Notes: a model not told the origin generated them from the sequence alone. 54,477 nucleotides of DNA from Candidatus Methanomethylophilaceae archaeon (GCA_050944155.1 JBMNQN010000007.1:1-54477); one strand, 5' to 3'. Positions 1-8,841 are shown, counted from the stretch's first letter. Translations and numbers: made by a program.

Positions 1-252
1 TGCACCGGAACCTTCCGCAAATCCGGCAGGGAAGAACGTTTCGCTCTGCTCAAGGAAAGACTGAAGCACGACGCGGAACTGTTCTGTTCCAAGGACGATC
101 CCGACGCTCTCGTGGACCTTATCGAAGTGGCCCACGCCCTGGGAGTTCTCATGGGATATCCGGAAGAGGAAATAGCGGGAATAAGACGCGTTCTGAAAAA
201 CGAGCGGGGAAGTTATTCCAGAGGCACGGTGTACTGTCCGGGGGCGGAATGA
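1..252 (+). CDS. Partial (5' truncated) all-alpha NTP pyrophosphohydrolase-like protein (MazG/PRA-PH-like, COG4997 type)
   Basis: Frame 1 is open to TGA at 250-252: ...ALLKERLKHDAELFCSKDDPDALVDLIEVAHALGVLMGYPEEEIAGIRRVLKNERGSYSRG, resembling the 'ELADILEVI..L....EEL...R..K..ERGGF' pattern; acidic catalytic residues look degenerate. Confidence 0.55.
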   Translation, partial: CTGTFRKSGREERFALLKERLKHDAELFCSKDDPDALVDLIEVAHALGVLMGYPEEEIAGIRRVLKNERGSYSRGTVYCPGAE

Positions 253-482
253 TGGGAGAGGAATGCAATCCCAAGAAAAAACATCTTCACGAAGGTATGC
301 AGTATTCCTGGTGCAGATGCGGCCTGAGCAAAAACGGTCCCTTCTGCGACGGTTCCCACAGGAGCACGGGAATACGGCCCATGCCGTTCACGGCCGAAAA
401 AGACGGCGAAGCCGAACTCTGCACATGTCTGAAAACGTCGACTCCGCCTTACTGCGACAAATCCCGCAGGAACCGTCACTGA
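249..482 (+). CDS. CDGSH iron-sulfur domain protein (two CDGSH-type motifs)
   Basis: WCRCGLSKNGPFCDGSH and LCTCLKTSTPPYCDKSR; ATGA overlap with upstream gene. Confidence 0.9.
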   Translation: MMGEECNPKKKHLHEGMQYSWCRCGLSKNGPFCDGSHRSTGIRPMPFTAEKDGEAELCTCLKTSTPPYCDKSRRNRH

Positions 483-1099
483 TCGCGGATATTCAGTCTG
501 TCGGCGATTCTGTTCAGAAAGTCCTTGATTTCAATGATATCGTTTCTGAGTTCGGATGTCTGAATCCTGAGTGATTCCACGTCCCTTCTCAGATCCGCAT
601 CGGGTTCCGGGCCCTTCGCGTTTCCGGCCTTCATCTCTTCGACCATGTCGCTGCGCCTGGTTCTCAGCGCGGATATGGCCATGGTGAGTTTAGCCTGTTC
701 CGAAGAATCTCCGGAAAGATGGGCTTCTATGAGTCTGAGTTCCAGTTCCGAAATTTCCGACGTTATGGACTCTACGGTTTCTCTCTCCTTTTCCGCCGGG
801 GGAACTTCTTTCTTTGCGGAACAGGAGAATTCCGGCGGTGTCGCCGGAGCGGAAGTTTTCCGTTTCAGTTCGTACAGATATTCTTCCATTCCGTTTTCCA
901 CATAGCTGGTTTCTATTTCGGAATAGCGTTCTGTGAGAAATCTGATTTCGTCTTCGATCTCTTTCCTTCTTTTATCGATAACTTTCGCTTCTTCTTCGTT
1001 ATCGGGCTCGCCGAGAGTTTCGAGCTGCGTATTGAGATATCTGACTTTGCTCCACATGTACTGGAGCTCGCGGTCGTATTTACAGGTGGAAAATGTCAT
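476..1099 (-). CDS. Hypothetical coiled-coil protein
   Basis: Long E/K/R-rich helical ORF; likely start ATG 1099 (MTFSTCK...), ORF extends to 1138. Confidence 0.7.
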   Translation of the reverse strand: MTFSTCKYDRELQYMWSKVRYLNTQLETLGEPDNEEEAKVIDKRRKEIEDEIRFLTERYSEIETSYVENGMEEYLYELKRKTSAPATPPEFSCSAKKEVPPAEKERETVESITSEISELELRLIEAHLSGDSSEQAKLTMAISALRTRRSDMVEEMKAGNAKGPEPDADLRRDVESLRIQTSELRNDIIEIKDFLNRIADRLNIRDQ

Positions 1100-1183
1100 G
1101 TTTGAATCCCCGGGGCCGTTTGTCGGCCCCGGAGGCATCCTGCCGTAACGATTTAACCTTTATCGGAAAAATCTTCGGAGGTT

Positions 1184-1957
1184 TTACTTCTTTTTACCCT
1201 TCTTCTTGCTTTTCTTTTTCTTGTCTTTTTTCTTTTCGGACTTTTTCTTTCCGCTCTTTTTGCTTTTCTTCTTGTCCTTCTTTTTGCCGCCCTTCTTCTT
1301 TTTCTTTTTCTTCTTCCCGTCGTCGAAATCGTCTTCGATGCACTCGTTGAGAAGGTCGACCAGGTCGGGGTCGTAGGTTGCCGCACGGCCGAGTTCGGTG
1401 ACTACGTATTCGCTCATTGCGACCGCGTCCAGAAGATCGTCGTCGGAAAGGATGGTAAGGCCGATTTCGTAGTATCCTTCGTCAAGAGCGGCCTGGTACT
1501 GTTCTTCCCTTATCATCACGGCCACGTCTTCGTTGAACTTGTCTTCCTCGGAGAGGCTGTTGTAATACTCTTCGTAGTAGTCGGGGAATTCTTCGTCGAT
1601 TACATCGGGATCGAAGTCGATATCGGAATCGTGATCTTCGCCGGTCATATCGGAAAGAATGGCACTGTAGAGGTAAACATCCCCGGAAAGGTAGTTGATC
1701 AGGTCGGAATACTTTTTCTTGTTGACATCGGACCTGGCGCGGGAAAGTTTTGCTTTGTATTCCTCGATTTCCGCCAGTTTTCTGGTGATGACTTCCTGGA
1801 GAACTTCCTCGTCGTCGGGATAGTCGACGGAATCTCCGCAGCAGCATCTGTGCTCGTGTCCGCCGCAGCAGCCGTCTTCCTGTGCTTTATCGGATTCTTC
1901 TTCCTGATTGTTGAATTCCTTTTCTTCTTCGTTTACCGTGTTCATATCATCGGTCAT
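1184..1957 (-). CDS. Hypothetical very acidic protein with Cys/His cluster and poly-Lys C-terminal tail
   Basis: 257 aa ORF; CCGGHEHRCCCGD motif; D/E-rich core; tail KKKKKKKKGGKKKDKKKSKK...; GAGGT SD-like upstream. Confidence 0.8.
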   Translation of the reverse strand: MTDDMNTVNEEEKEFNNQEEESDKAQEDGCCGGHEHRCCCGDSVDYPDDEEVLQEVITRKLAEIEEYKAKLSRARSDVNKKKYSDLINYLSGDVYLYSAILSDMTGEDHDSDIDFDPDVIDEEFPDYYEEYYNSLSEEDKFNEDVAVMIREEQYQAALDEGYYEIGLTILSDDDLLDAVAMSEYVVTELGRAATYDPDLVDLLNECIEDDFDDGKKKKKKKKGGKKKDKKKSKKSGKKKSEKKKDKKKKSKKKGKKK

Positions 1958-2059
1958 GTCATACCTCGGGTTGTAATGGAAAAGGGAGTATTATAGCATT
2001 CCCGATACGGAACGTACATACCGGACGGCACCCGGGACAATAAGTACGGAGACAGAAAA

Positions 2060-3309
2060 TCAGTTTTTCAGGCATCCGGCCGAAACCACGTACACTCCGT
2101 CCGGTCTCCGGTAAGAGGGGCCCGTCGAAACGAGCACCGCAAGAAACGACGGTTCTCCGGTTTTTTCGGTGTCCACCATGTCCCTGAGTTTAAGGAGATT
2201 TTTTGCCGCGGTATCCGCTTCCCCGGAACTGAGTTTTACTTCGATTGCTCCCCATCTTCCGTCGGAAAATTCCAGAACGAAATCGACTTCGAAACCGTTT
2301 TTATTGCGGAAGAAATAAACCTCTCCTCCCAGAGATTGGGAATATACGCGCAGGTCTCTGAGGCACAGGGATTCGAAGAGAAAACCGAGAGTGTTGTAAT
2401 CCTTAAGCAGGGCATTTTTATTGATTTGCAGAGCTCCGGCAGCCAGAGACGGATCCGTGAAATGCCATTTGGGCGTAGTTACCAATCTCGTTCTTGAACG
2501 CAGATGCGGATTCCATGCACGCAGATTTTCCGTCAGGAATATGCGTTCCATGGCATCGAGATACCTTTTAACGGTTCCTTCGTTGGTTTCGCCCGCGTCT
2601 CTCATAACGGAGCGGATGCTGGCGGAGGTCGATACGTTCCTGGCCACCGATTCGATTATTTTTGTTGCAACGGAAGGATTTTTTGAACTCCGTCGACTCT
2701 GGAAAGATTGGACATAACTACGGATTTAAGATAATCCCTGACGACCTTATCTGACCTGAAACGGTCATCCGAAACTACCAAGGGCCATCCTCCGCGTAAA
2801 ATAACGTCGGCGAGCTGTTCGATTTTTGTATCGGCATATCCGTCTATTGTCTCCGATTCCAACATTGATTCGAGCGAAACTGAACCATTGGAATCTCCCG
2901 ATTCGAAGAGACTCATTGTCCTCATGCTTATTCTTGCTATCCTTCCGGCACCCGAGTGTCTTAACGGATCTTCGGGAGGGACCGAAGAACCCGTAAGTAT
3001 GAACTGTCCGTTTTCTCTCCTGCGGTCGACCTCGAATCTTATGACGTTCCATATCTCGGGAACATCCTGCCATTCGTCTATAAGCTTGGGCGTTTCTCCT
3101 TCGAGAAAAGCGACAGAACCGCTTTCCGCTGCCAATCTGAGTGATTCTATCTGATTTTTTGAAACAATGTGGATGGAGCTCTTCGAATGCTCTTCCGCGG
3201 TTCTGGTTTTACCGCACCATTTTGGGCCCTCTATAAGCAACGATCCGACACTTTCCAGATATTCGTTTATCTGCGAATCTACGATTCTTTTCAGATAGGT
3301 ATCGTTCAT
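2060..3309 (-). pseudogene. AAA_14/DUF4143-family ATP-binding protein, split by a 1-nt frameshift at an A6 tract
   Basis: Walker A GPKWCGKT, Walker B LIDEWQ, FILTGS, GGWP in 2656-3309; WNPHLRSRTRL..PKWHFTDPS, GFLFE, EVDFV..GAIEVKL in 2060-2647; one extra A at 2679-2684 joins them; collinear with the intact paralog at 49075-50346. Confidence 0.88.
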
Positions 3310-3366
3310 TATACTTTCAGATATGTACCAGTGGCATAATATTTTTTAGATTGAATTAATAGAATA

Positions 3367-3450
3367 ATGAGGTTTGTCCAACTTTCATTATGAGGTTTGT
3401 CCAACTTTCATTATGAGGTTTGTCCAACTTTCATTATGAGGTTTGTCCAA
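3367..3450. repeat. Perfect tandem repeat, 23-bp unit ATGAGGTTTGTCCAACTTTCATT x3 + 15 bp
   Basis: Units at 3367, 3390, 3413 and partial at 3436-3450; no spacers. Confidence 0.97.
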
Positions 3451-3480
3451 GTTATACAATCGGTTCCGTCCGGATTTCGG

Positions 3481-4350
3481 TTACTCTTCCGGAACCTCCG
3501 CCCCGCTGTCTTTGGCAAGATTCATCCACTTTTCCGATTCCGTTTCGTTCTTTTCGGTTCCGTATCCGTCTCTGTAGCAAATAGACACCGCGTACATGGA
3601 ATCCCCTATTCCGTTCATGGCAGCGGAAAGGAACCATCCGAAAGCCTTTTCCGGATCTTCCGGAAGTTCGGGAGAACCGGAAGAATAGAGGATACCCAGA
3701 CGGTACATTGCAAAGGCGTCCCCTTTTCTCGCTCCCTTTTCGTACCATTCCGCCGCGTACTTAACGTCCGCCTCCGTTCCGATTCCGAATTCCAGACACA
3801 CTCCGCACCGGAACATTGCGTTTATGTTTCCCGCTTCGGCTGCGATGCGGTAAAGTCTGAAGGCTTTCTCTTCGTCTTTGGGTACGCCCAGACCTTCCTC
3901 GTAAAGGTGCGCGAGACTGTTTCTGGCTTCCTGTACGCCCGCGTTGGCGGCCTGTCTGAAGAGATTTGCCGCTTCGGCATAATCCGTTTCGCCGGTCAAT
4001 CCGTCCATGAATGCGGTACCCAGGTAGAGTTTGGCTTCGGGAAGTCCTGCTTCGGATGCCGCCCGTGCGTATTCCACCGCTTTTTTCGTTTCCATATGAT
4101 AATATCCAGCGAAGTACATTTTGACAAGGAAAAGCATGGCGTCGTACTGTCCGGCCTCCGCGGCTTTTTCCAGATAACCGTAGCCCTTCTCTTCGTCCGC
4201 TTCGGTATCGAACCCGAGAACCAGAGACATACCCAGAGCGTACATTCCGTCGATGTTTCCCGCTTCCGCCATGGCCTTGACTCCGGCGAAATCCGTTTCG
4301 TACTTCCCGTTCGCGTCTTCGAATACGAAGTTCTTTTCCCTGTTTTCCAT
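3481..4350 (-). CDS. Sel1-like repeat protein
   Basis: Repeated A..LG..Y..G.G...D..KA..WY.KAA..G motifs. Confidence 0.92.
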   Translation of the reverse strand: MENREKNFVFEDANGKYETDFAGVKAMAEAGNIDGMYALGMSLVLGFDTEADEEKGYGYLEKAAEAGQYDAMLFLVKMYFAGYYHMETKKAVEYARAASEAGLPEAKLYLGTAFMDGLTGETDYAEAANLFRQAANAGVQEARNSLAHLYEEGLGVPKDEEKAFRLYRIAAEAGNINAMFRCGVCLEFGIGTEADVKYAAEWYEKGARKGDAFAMYRLGILYSSGSPELPEDPEKAFGWFLSAAMNGIGDSMYAVSICYRDGYGTEKNETESEKWMNLAKDSGAEVPEE

Positions 4351-4396
4351 CGTTACGGAATCTCCTCGCAGATATATCGGAATTCCCCGGATTTTT

Positions 4397-5044
4397 TTAT
4401 TTCTTCATATCGCAGAGGAATTTTTCCGCCTTCTTCCAATATGGGAATTCCCTTTCGGCCATGCGGAATTCCCGGTCGTGGGGACGTTTTCCCGGACGGT
4501 ACCCTCCGCTCAGATGGAGACATTCGTGATATACCACGTAATCGAGAACTTCCTCTGGAACGTCCTCCGAATCCAGGGACGAAGAGACCGATACGACTCT
4601 GAAAACGGTGTTGCAGCTTCCCACTTTGGTGTATCCGGGCCTTTTTGTCCAGGTAAAATAGGAATCCCTGAGCACGGAACCGTCCAAAAATCCCGAAGAA
4701 ATCAGACGGTCCAAAGAATCGTAAAGACTTCTGTGCGTTCCCTCGGGCGATCTCGTTATGTTTCTGCTTCTGGCTATGTACGACGGACGGTTTTCTTCGA
4801 TGAATTCCGGAGAGGAGATCCATCGGTGGTATTCGTACCCGTATTCCTTCCTGTATCCCGCAGATTTGGCAACGACCGCGTCCGTATACGCAAAAAGAAC
4901 GGAATCGGGAGCCCCGGAAAGATAGTCGGTGACTTCGTAAACGAACGAACGTCCTCTGTTATGCCATCGGGTCTTAAAGTTCGCGAAGGGGGCGAATTCC
5001 GCTTCCGTCACGTTTATGCCGTACCGCAGTCCCGACGGTATCAT
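4397..5044 (-). CDS. YgjP/DUF45-like zinc metallopeptidase
   Basis: LDYVVYHECLHL (HExxH) and HDREFR motif; start may be 5071 (see findings). Confidence 0.8.
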   Translation of the reverse strand: MIPSGLRYGINVTEAEFAPFANFKTRWHNRGRSFVYEVTDYLSGAPDSVLFAYTDAVVAKSAGYRKEYGYEYHRWISSPEFIEENRPSYIARSRNITRSPEGTHRSLYDSLDRLISSGFLDGSVLRDSYFTWTKRPGYTKVGSCNTVFRVVSVSSSLDSEDVPEEVLDYVVYHECLHLSGGYRPGKRPHDREFRMAEREFPYWKKAEKFLCDMKK

Positions 5045-5060
5045 GAGTTGCGTAAGCCGT

Positions 5061-6743
5061 TCATCGTACGTGCCTTTCCCTCCGTTTCAGAATAGTATCT
5101 TTCTGCCTCTGTTTTCCTCCGTCGGTGCGTTCGACGAATACCTTCTCCCCGGAGAGGGTTCTTCCGGTGTGATACATCAGAGTCGATTCCGTGGACGGCG
5201 TGGGGGTGAAAATCTGAACCTGTTCCGGGTTGGTTCTCAGTATGTTGCAGAAACGGTTCAGTTCCTCCATTTCCCTCTGTCCGCATCCGGGGTGGGCGGC
5301 CATGAAATAATACGTAAGAAACTGTTTCTTCCCCTGAACTTCGTTGGATTCGTCGAACATTTTTTTGAATTCCAGGAGTTTATCTTTTCCGGATTTTCCC
5401 ATAAGTGCCAGAACCTTGTCCGACGAGTGTTCGGGAGCCACTTTCAGCTGTCCGGAAACGTGGTCGGAAACCAGAGTGTCCACGTATTCTTTTCCGTGTT
5501 CGGAATCCGCCAGAACCATGTCGTAGCGTATTCCGGAGGCGACGAAAACCTTCTTTACGCCGGGTATGTTTTTCACTCTGTTCAGAAGGCGTATCTGAGC
5601 CGAATGATCCACTCCGAGAGACCTGCAGACTTCCGGATAGAGACACTTTTTGTCTCTGCAGTTTCCGTTCTTTTTCTTCGGACAGTCTATTCCGTACATA
5701 TTGGCGGTGGGTCCGCCCAAATCGTAGATTATTCCGTTAAATCCGGGACGGGATGCGATTCTTTCCGCTTCTTTCACTATCGAATCTTCGGTTCTGCTTA
5801 TGACCCGCCTTCCCTGATGGACGGAAATGGCGCAGAAGGAGCATTCTCCGTAGCAGCCTCTGTGGGTCGTTATGGAATTTTTAACGGTTTCCGCAGCCTT
5901 TATGTCGCCTTCTTTCAGACACAGCGGATGCACTTCGTACTCGTAATCCATGAGATGGATGAAATCCAGTTCTTCCGGCGTAAGGTCCCTCTGGGGCGGA
6001 TTGTGCACGAGATAACGGTTCCCGTGCTTCTGAATCAGCCCTCCCGACGTAACCGGGTCGCATCCGTTTCTGAAAATACGGAATGCTTCCGCGTAAGCGG
6101 ACAGGTCGGAAAGGCATTCTTCGTAAGAGGGCATTTCCGTGTATCCGGGAACGGGATCTTTGGATATCCTGCATATTCCCCGTATGTCGTCGCAGGACTT
6201 TCCGTCCCGCACGGCTTCGGCAAGTGCCAGATTGGAAAGTTCCGCCATTCCGTACGTTATGTAATCGGCCTTGGAATCGAAAAGAATGCTTCTTCTCACC
6301 GTGTCCGTCCAATAGTCGTAGTGGGCGAATCTTCTCAGGGACGCTTCGATGCCCCCCAGAACTATGGGCTTCCCTTTGTCGAAGCTCTTAATCATGTTGG
6401 AATACACTATACTGGCTCTGTCAGGGCGTTTCGTATTTTTACCGCCCGGCGTAAAGTCGTCGTACCCTCTTTTCCTCCCCAGGGGATTCCTGTTGGCAAC
6501 CATGGAGTCGACGCATCCGGCGGACACCGACCAGAACAGATCGGGTTTTCCGAGCCTCCGTATATCGTCTCCCGTAGGCTGGGGAATGATACCGACCCTG
6601 AATCCTTTGCTTATGAGCCAGTGACCTATAACTGCGCTTCCGTCGTAAGGCGTGTCGTAATAGGCGTCCCCGGAAACCAGGATGATGTCCAGACTGTTCC
6701 ATCCTCTTTTTTCCGCTTCGGACAGCGTGGCGGGTATGAACAT
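5061..6743 (-). CDS. YgiQ/UPF0313 family radical SAM protein
   Basis: ILVSGDAYYD, VSAGCVDSMVAN, GGIEASLRRFAHYDYW, HRGCYGECSFC, GGPTANMY, QVQIFTPTP. Confidence 0.93.
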   Translation of the reverse strand: MFIPATLSEAEKRGWNSLDIILVSGDAYYDTPYDGSAVIGHWLISKGFRVGIIPQPTGDDIRRLGKPDLFWSVSAGCVDSMVANRNPLGRKRGYDDFTPGGKNTKRPDRASIVYSNMIKSFDKGKPIVLGGIEASLRRFAHYDYWTDTVRRSILFDSKADYITYGMAELSNLALAEAVRDGKSCDDIRGICRISKDPVPGYTEMPSYEECLSDLSAYAEAFRIFRNGCDPVTSGGLIQKHGNRYLVHNPPQRDLTPEELDFIHLMDYEYEVHPLCLKEGDIKAAETVKNSITTHRGCYGECSFCAISVHQGRRVISRTEDSIVKEAERIASRPGFNGIIYDLGGPTANMYGIDCPKKKNGNCRDKKCLYPEVCRSLGVDHSAQIRLLNRVKNIPGVKKVFVASGIRYDMVLADSEHGKEYVDTLVSDHVSGQLKVAPEHSSDKVLALMGKSGKDKLLEFKKMFDESNEVQGKKQFLTYYFMAAHPGCGQREMEELNRFCNILRTNPEQVQIFTPTPSTESTLMYHTGRTLSGEKVFVERTDGGKQRQKDTILKRRERHVR

Positions 6744-6765
6744 CGGTTCTCTATAGGGTGGGGAG

Positions 6766-8115
6766 TTAATGTTTCTTTGCGGAAAGAGGGAACTCCATGA
6801 CGTAATCGTCCATGACGAATCCAGAACCTATGTCCGTGACTTTCTCTTCCTTCTTTACGAATCCCCACTTTTCGTATACCGAAACCGCGTGGGTGTTTTT
6901 CCTGTTGACCGTAAGGTACACGGAATCCGTACCGGCGTCTTCCGAGACGTTGGAGACTCTGCGGAAAGCGAAGGAAGAGAGTCCCGTGTGCCTGTACTCT
7001 TTAAGAACGTACATCTTGCTGAGGAACATCTTTCTGCCCTCTTTTCTGTAGGCGACGAACCCGGCTTCCTTTCCTTCCTGCAGAAGGAATTCGAAAACGG
7101 TTCCTTCGGAGATCTGTTTCATTACGGAATCGGCGGAGAGGAATTTTTTCAGCATGTATTTCCGCTGTTCTTCGCTTATGATTCCTTCGTAAGCGCTTTC
7201 CCAGATGACGGAAGCCATCTTTTCGATGCGTTCCGCATCCTTTTTCGTTTTTACCGGGGAAACCGAACAGACTTTTTTCACTCTGGAACCGAATCCGCTG
7301 AGGCTCTCTTCGAAGTTGACGCCGTCTTTTATGTCGTCTCCCGCTTCGTAGGTTCTCTTTATGGCGGAAACCGAGAGATCCACGGCTATTTCGACGGCCT
7401 CGGAAAGTTCCCATCCGTTCGTCAGTGCGGAAACCAGACCCGACCCGAATATGTCCCCAGTTCCGTGATAGGAACCCGGGATGCGGTCTCTCATGGTGTA
7501 TCTTATCTTTCCGGTCCTGCAGTCGTAGGACGCGGCGCCCAGTTTTCCTTCGGTGAAATACACGCCCGTGAGAACGATCTGTTCCGCTCCGAGGGATTCT
7601 GCGTCTTTCAGAAGACCGCGTATGTACTCTTCGGTGTACGGCCCCTCTTCGTAGGGCTTTTCGAGCATCAGAGTCAGTTCCGTGATGTTGGGAATGATGA
7701 TGTCGGCATCTCCGCAGAGTTTCTTCATCTCCGCCGGGAAATCTTCTCCGAAAACGGGATAGAGCTTTCCGAGATCCGCCATGACCGGGTCGACGTAAAC
7801 TTTCGTGTCCGGTCCCTTAACGGTCCTTATAGCCTTGCGGACCACTTCGATCTGATCTTTGGAGCCGAGGAATCCTGTGTAAAATGCGTCAAAGGAGAAT
7901 CCCATCTTCTTCCAGTGTTCCACCGTGGGCATTATGTCTTCGGTCATGTCCCTGTAGGTGAAACCGGGAAAAGGTCCCACGTAGGTCGACAGCACGGCGG
8001 TCGGTATGACGGGAGTGTTGATTCCCGCGGCCGAAAGAATGGGCAAGGCAACGGTCAGCGAACATCTTCCGTAACAGGATATGTCGTGGACTGCCACCAC
8101 TTTTTTCTGTACCAT
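6766..8115 (-). CDS. pdxK: Pyridoxal/pyridoxamine kinase fused to C-terminal GNAT acetyltransferase
   Basis: HDISCYGRCSL, YTGFLGS, VDPVMAD, PNITE, HGTGDIF; C-terminal LSKMYVLKEYRHTGL..YLTVNRKN..YEKWGF..GFVMDDYVME. Confidence 0.88.
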   Translation of the reverse strand: MVQKKVVAVHDISCYGRCSLTVALPILSAAGINTPVIPTAVLSTYVGPFPGFTYRDMTEDIMPTVEHWKKMGFSFDAFYTGFLGSKDQIEVVRKAIRTVKGPDTKVYVDPVMADLGKLYPVFGEDFPAEMKKLCGDADIIIPNITELTLMLEKPYEEGPYTEEYIRGLLKDAESLGAEQIVLTGVYFTEGKLGAASYDCRTGKIRYTMRDRIPGSYHGTGDIFGSGLVSALTNGWELSEAVEIAVDLSVSAIKRTYEAGDDIKDGVNFEESLSGFGSRVKKVCSVSPVKTKKDAERIEKMASVIWESAYEGIISEEQRKYMLKKFLSADSVMKQISEGTVFEFLLQEGKEAGFVAYRKEGRKMFLSKMYVLKEYRHTGLSSFAFRRVSNVSEDAGTDSVYLTVNRKNTHAVSVYEKWGFVKKEEKVTDIGSGFVMDDYVMEFPLSAKKH

Positions 8116-8158
8116 TGGCACGGCGAATCGGGTTGAAGCGTTTAAATGTTACACGGAA

Positions 8159-8512
8159 TCAGCCGGTAATCTTCAGGCCTATGACTCCCGCGATTATCAG
8201 CATCAGAGCCAAAGTCATGGACAGGGTTATCGTTTCTATGCCGAGAGCCGCCGAGGTGATTATGGTTCCGACCACTCCGATACCTATCCAAACCGCATAC
8301 GCCGTACTCATCTGTATTCCGGCTTTCATTCCCCAGGACAGGCACATCATGCTGATTATCAGAAACACTACGACGATTATATCCCACACTATTACGGTGA
8401 AACTGTCCGTATATTCCAGACCGATGGCCCAAACAATCTGAAACGCCCCGCCCAGAATTATCCAGAGCCATCCGATTGCCGCGCTTTTCTGACTTTCCGC
8501 GTGTTCGGTCAT
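8159..8512 (-). CDS. SMR family multidrug/cation efflux transporter subunit
   Basis: 4 TM helices, STAYAVWIGIG motif; Gln at the conserved TM1 Glu position. Confidence 0.88.
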   Translation of the reverse strand: MTEHAESQKSAAIGWLWIILGGAFQIVWAIGLEYTDSFTVIVWDIIVVVFLIISMMCLSWGMKAGIQMSTAYAVWIGIGVVGTIITSAALGIETITLSMTLALMLIIAGVIGLKITG

Positions 8513-8841
8513 ATTATCCCTCCCGAAGTAAGACGGACGCCTATGATGCCGAGGATCACCAGCGCTATGAACAGTATTCTCTTAAGGGACACCTGCTCGC
8601 CGTAAAGAAAGTATCCCGCTACCACTACGCCCACGGCACCGAATCCCGCGAGTATCGTGTACGAAACGCCCGGGCCTATCCCCGCAACGGCAAGTGCCAA
8701 AAGGTAGAGACACAGCATGACTGATACCACGGTAAAAACCGCCCATTTGATGTTTTTGAAGCCCTCGGATTTCTCCAGAGCTATCACCCAGACCACTTCA
8801 AGGAGGCTTGCGGCAAGAAGGTAAATCCATGCTGCGTCCAT
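8509..8841 (-). CDS. SMR family efflux transporter subunit
   Basis: AWIYLLAASLLEVVWVIALEKSEGF; 4 TM; ATGA-coupled to the next SMR gene. Confidence 0.9.
   Translation of the reverse strand: MDAAWIYLLAASLLEVVWVIALEKSEGFKNIKWAVFTVVSVMLCLYLLALAVAGIGPGVSYTILAGFGAVGVVVAGYFLYGEQVSLKRILFIALVILGIIGVRLTSGGII

Noticed and set aside
2640-2660. Pyrrolysine readthrough as explanation for the split ATPase
   Set aside because: The stop is TAA and the two halves are in different frames
3367-3450. CRISPR array interpretation of the 23-bp repeats (also 50381-50464)
   Set aside because: Units are head-to-tail with no spacers, and there are no cas genes in the window
2021-3473. CCGGACGG / CCGTCCGG as terminal inverted repeats around ATPase cassette 1
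   Set aside because: Only 8 bp, CCGGA-like words are very frequent here, and there is no equivalent at cassette 2
3397-4602. Long + strand ORF starting in the repeat, and similar antisense ORFs (5016-6800, 6769-8136, 26648-28414 etc.)
   Set aside because: Shadow ORFs opposite well-supported genes, with no recognisable motifs
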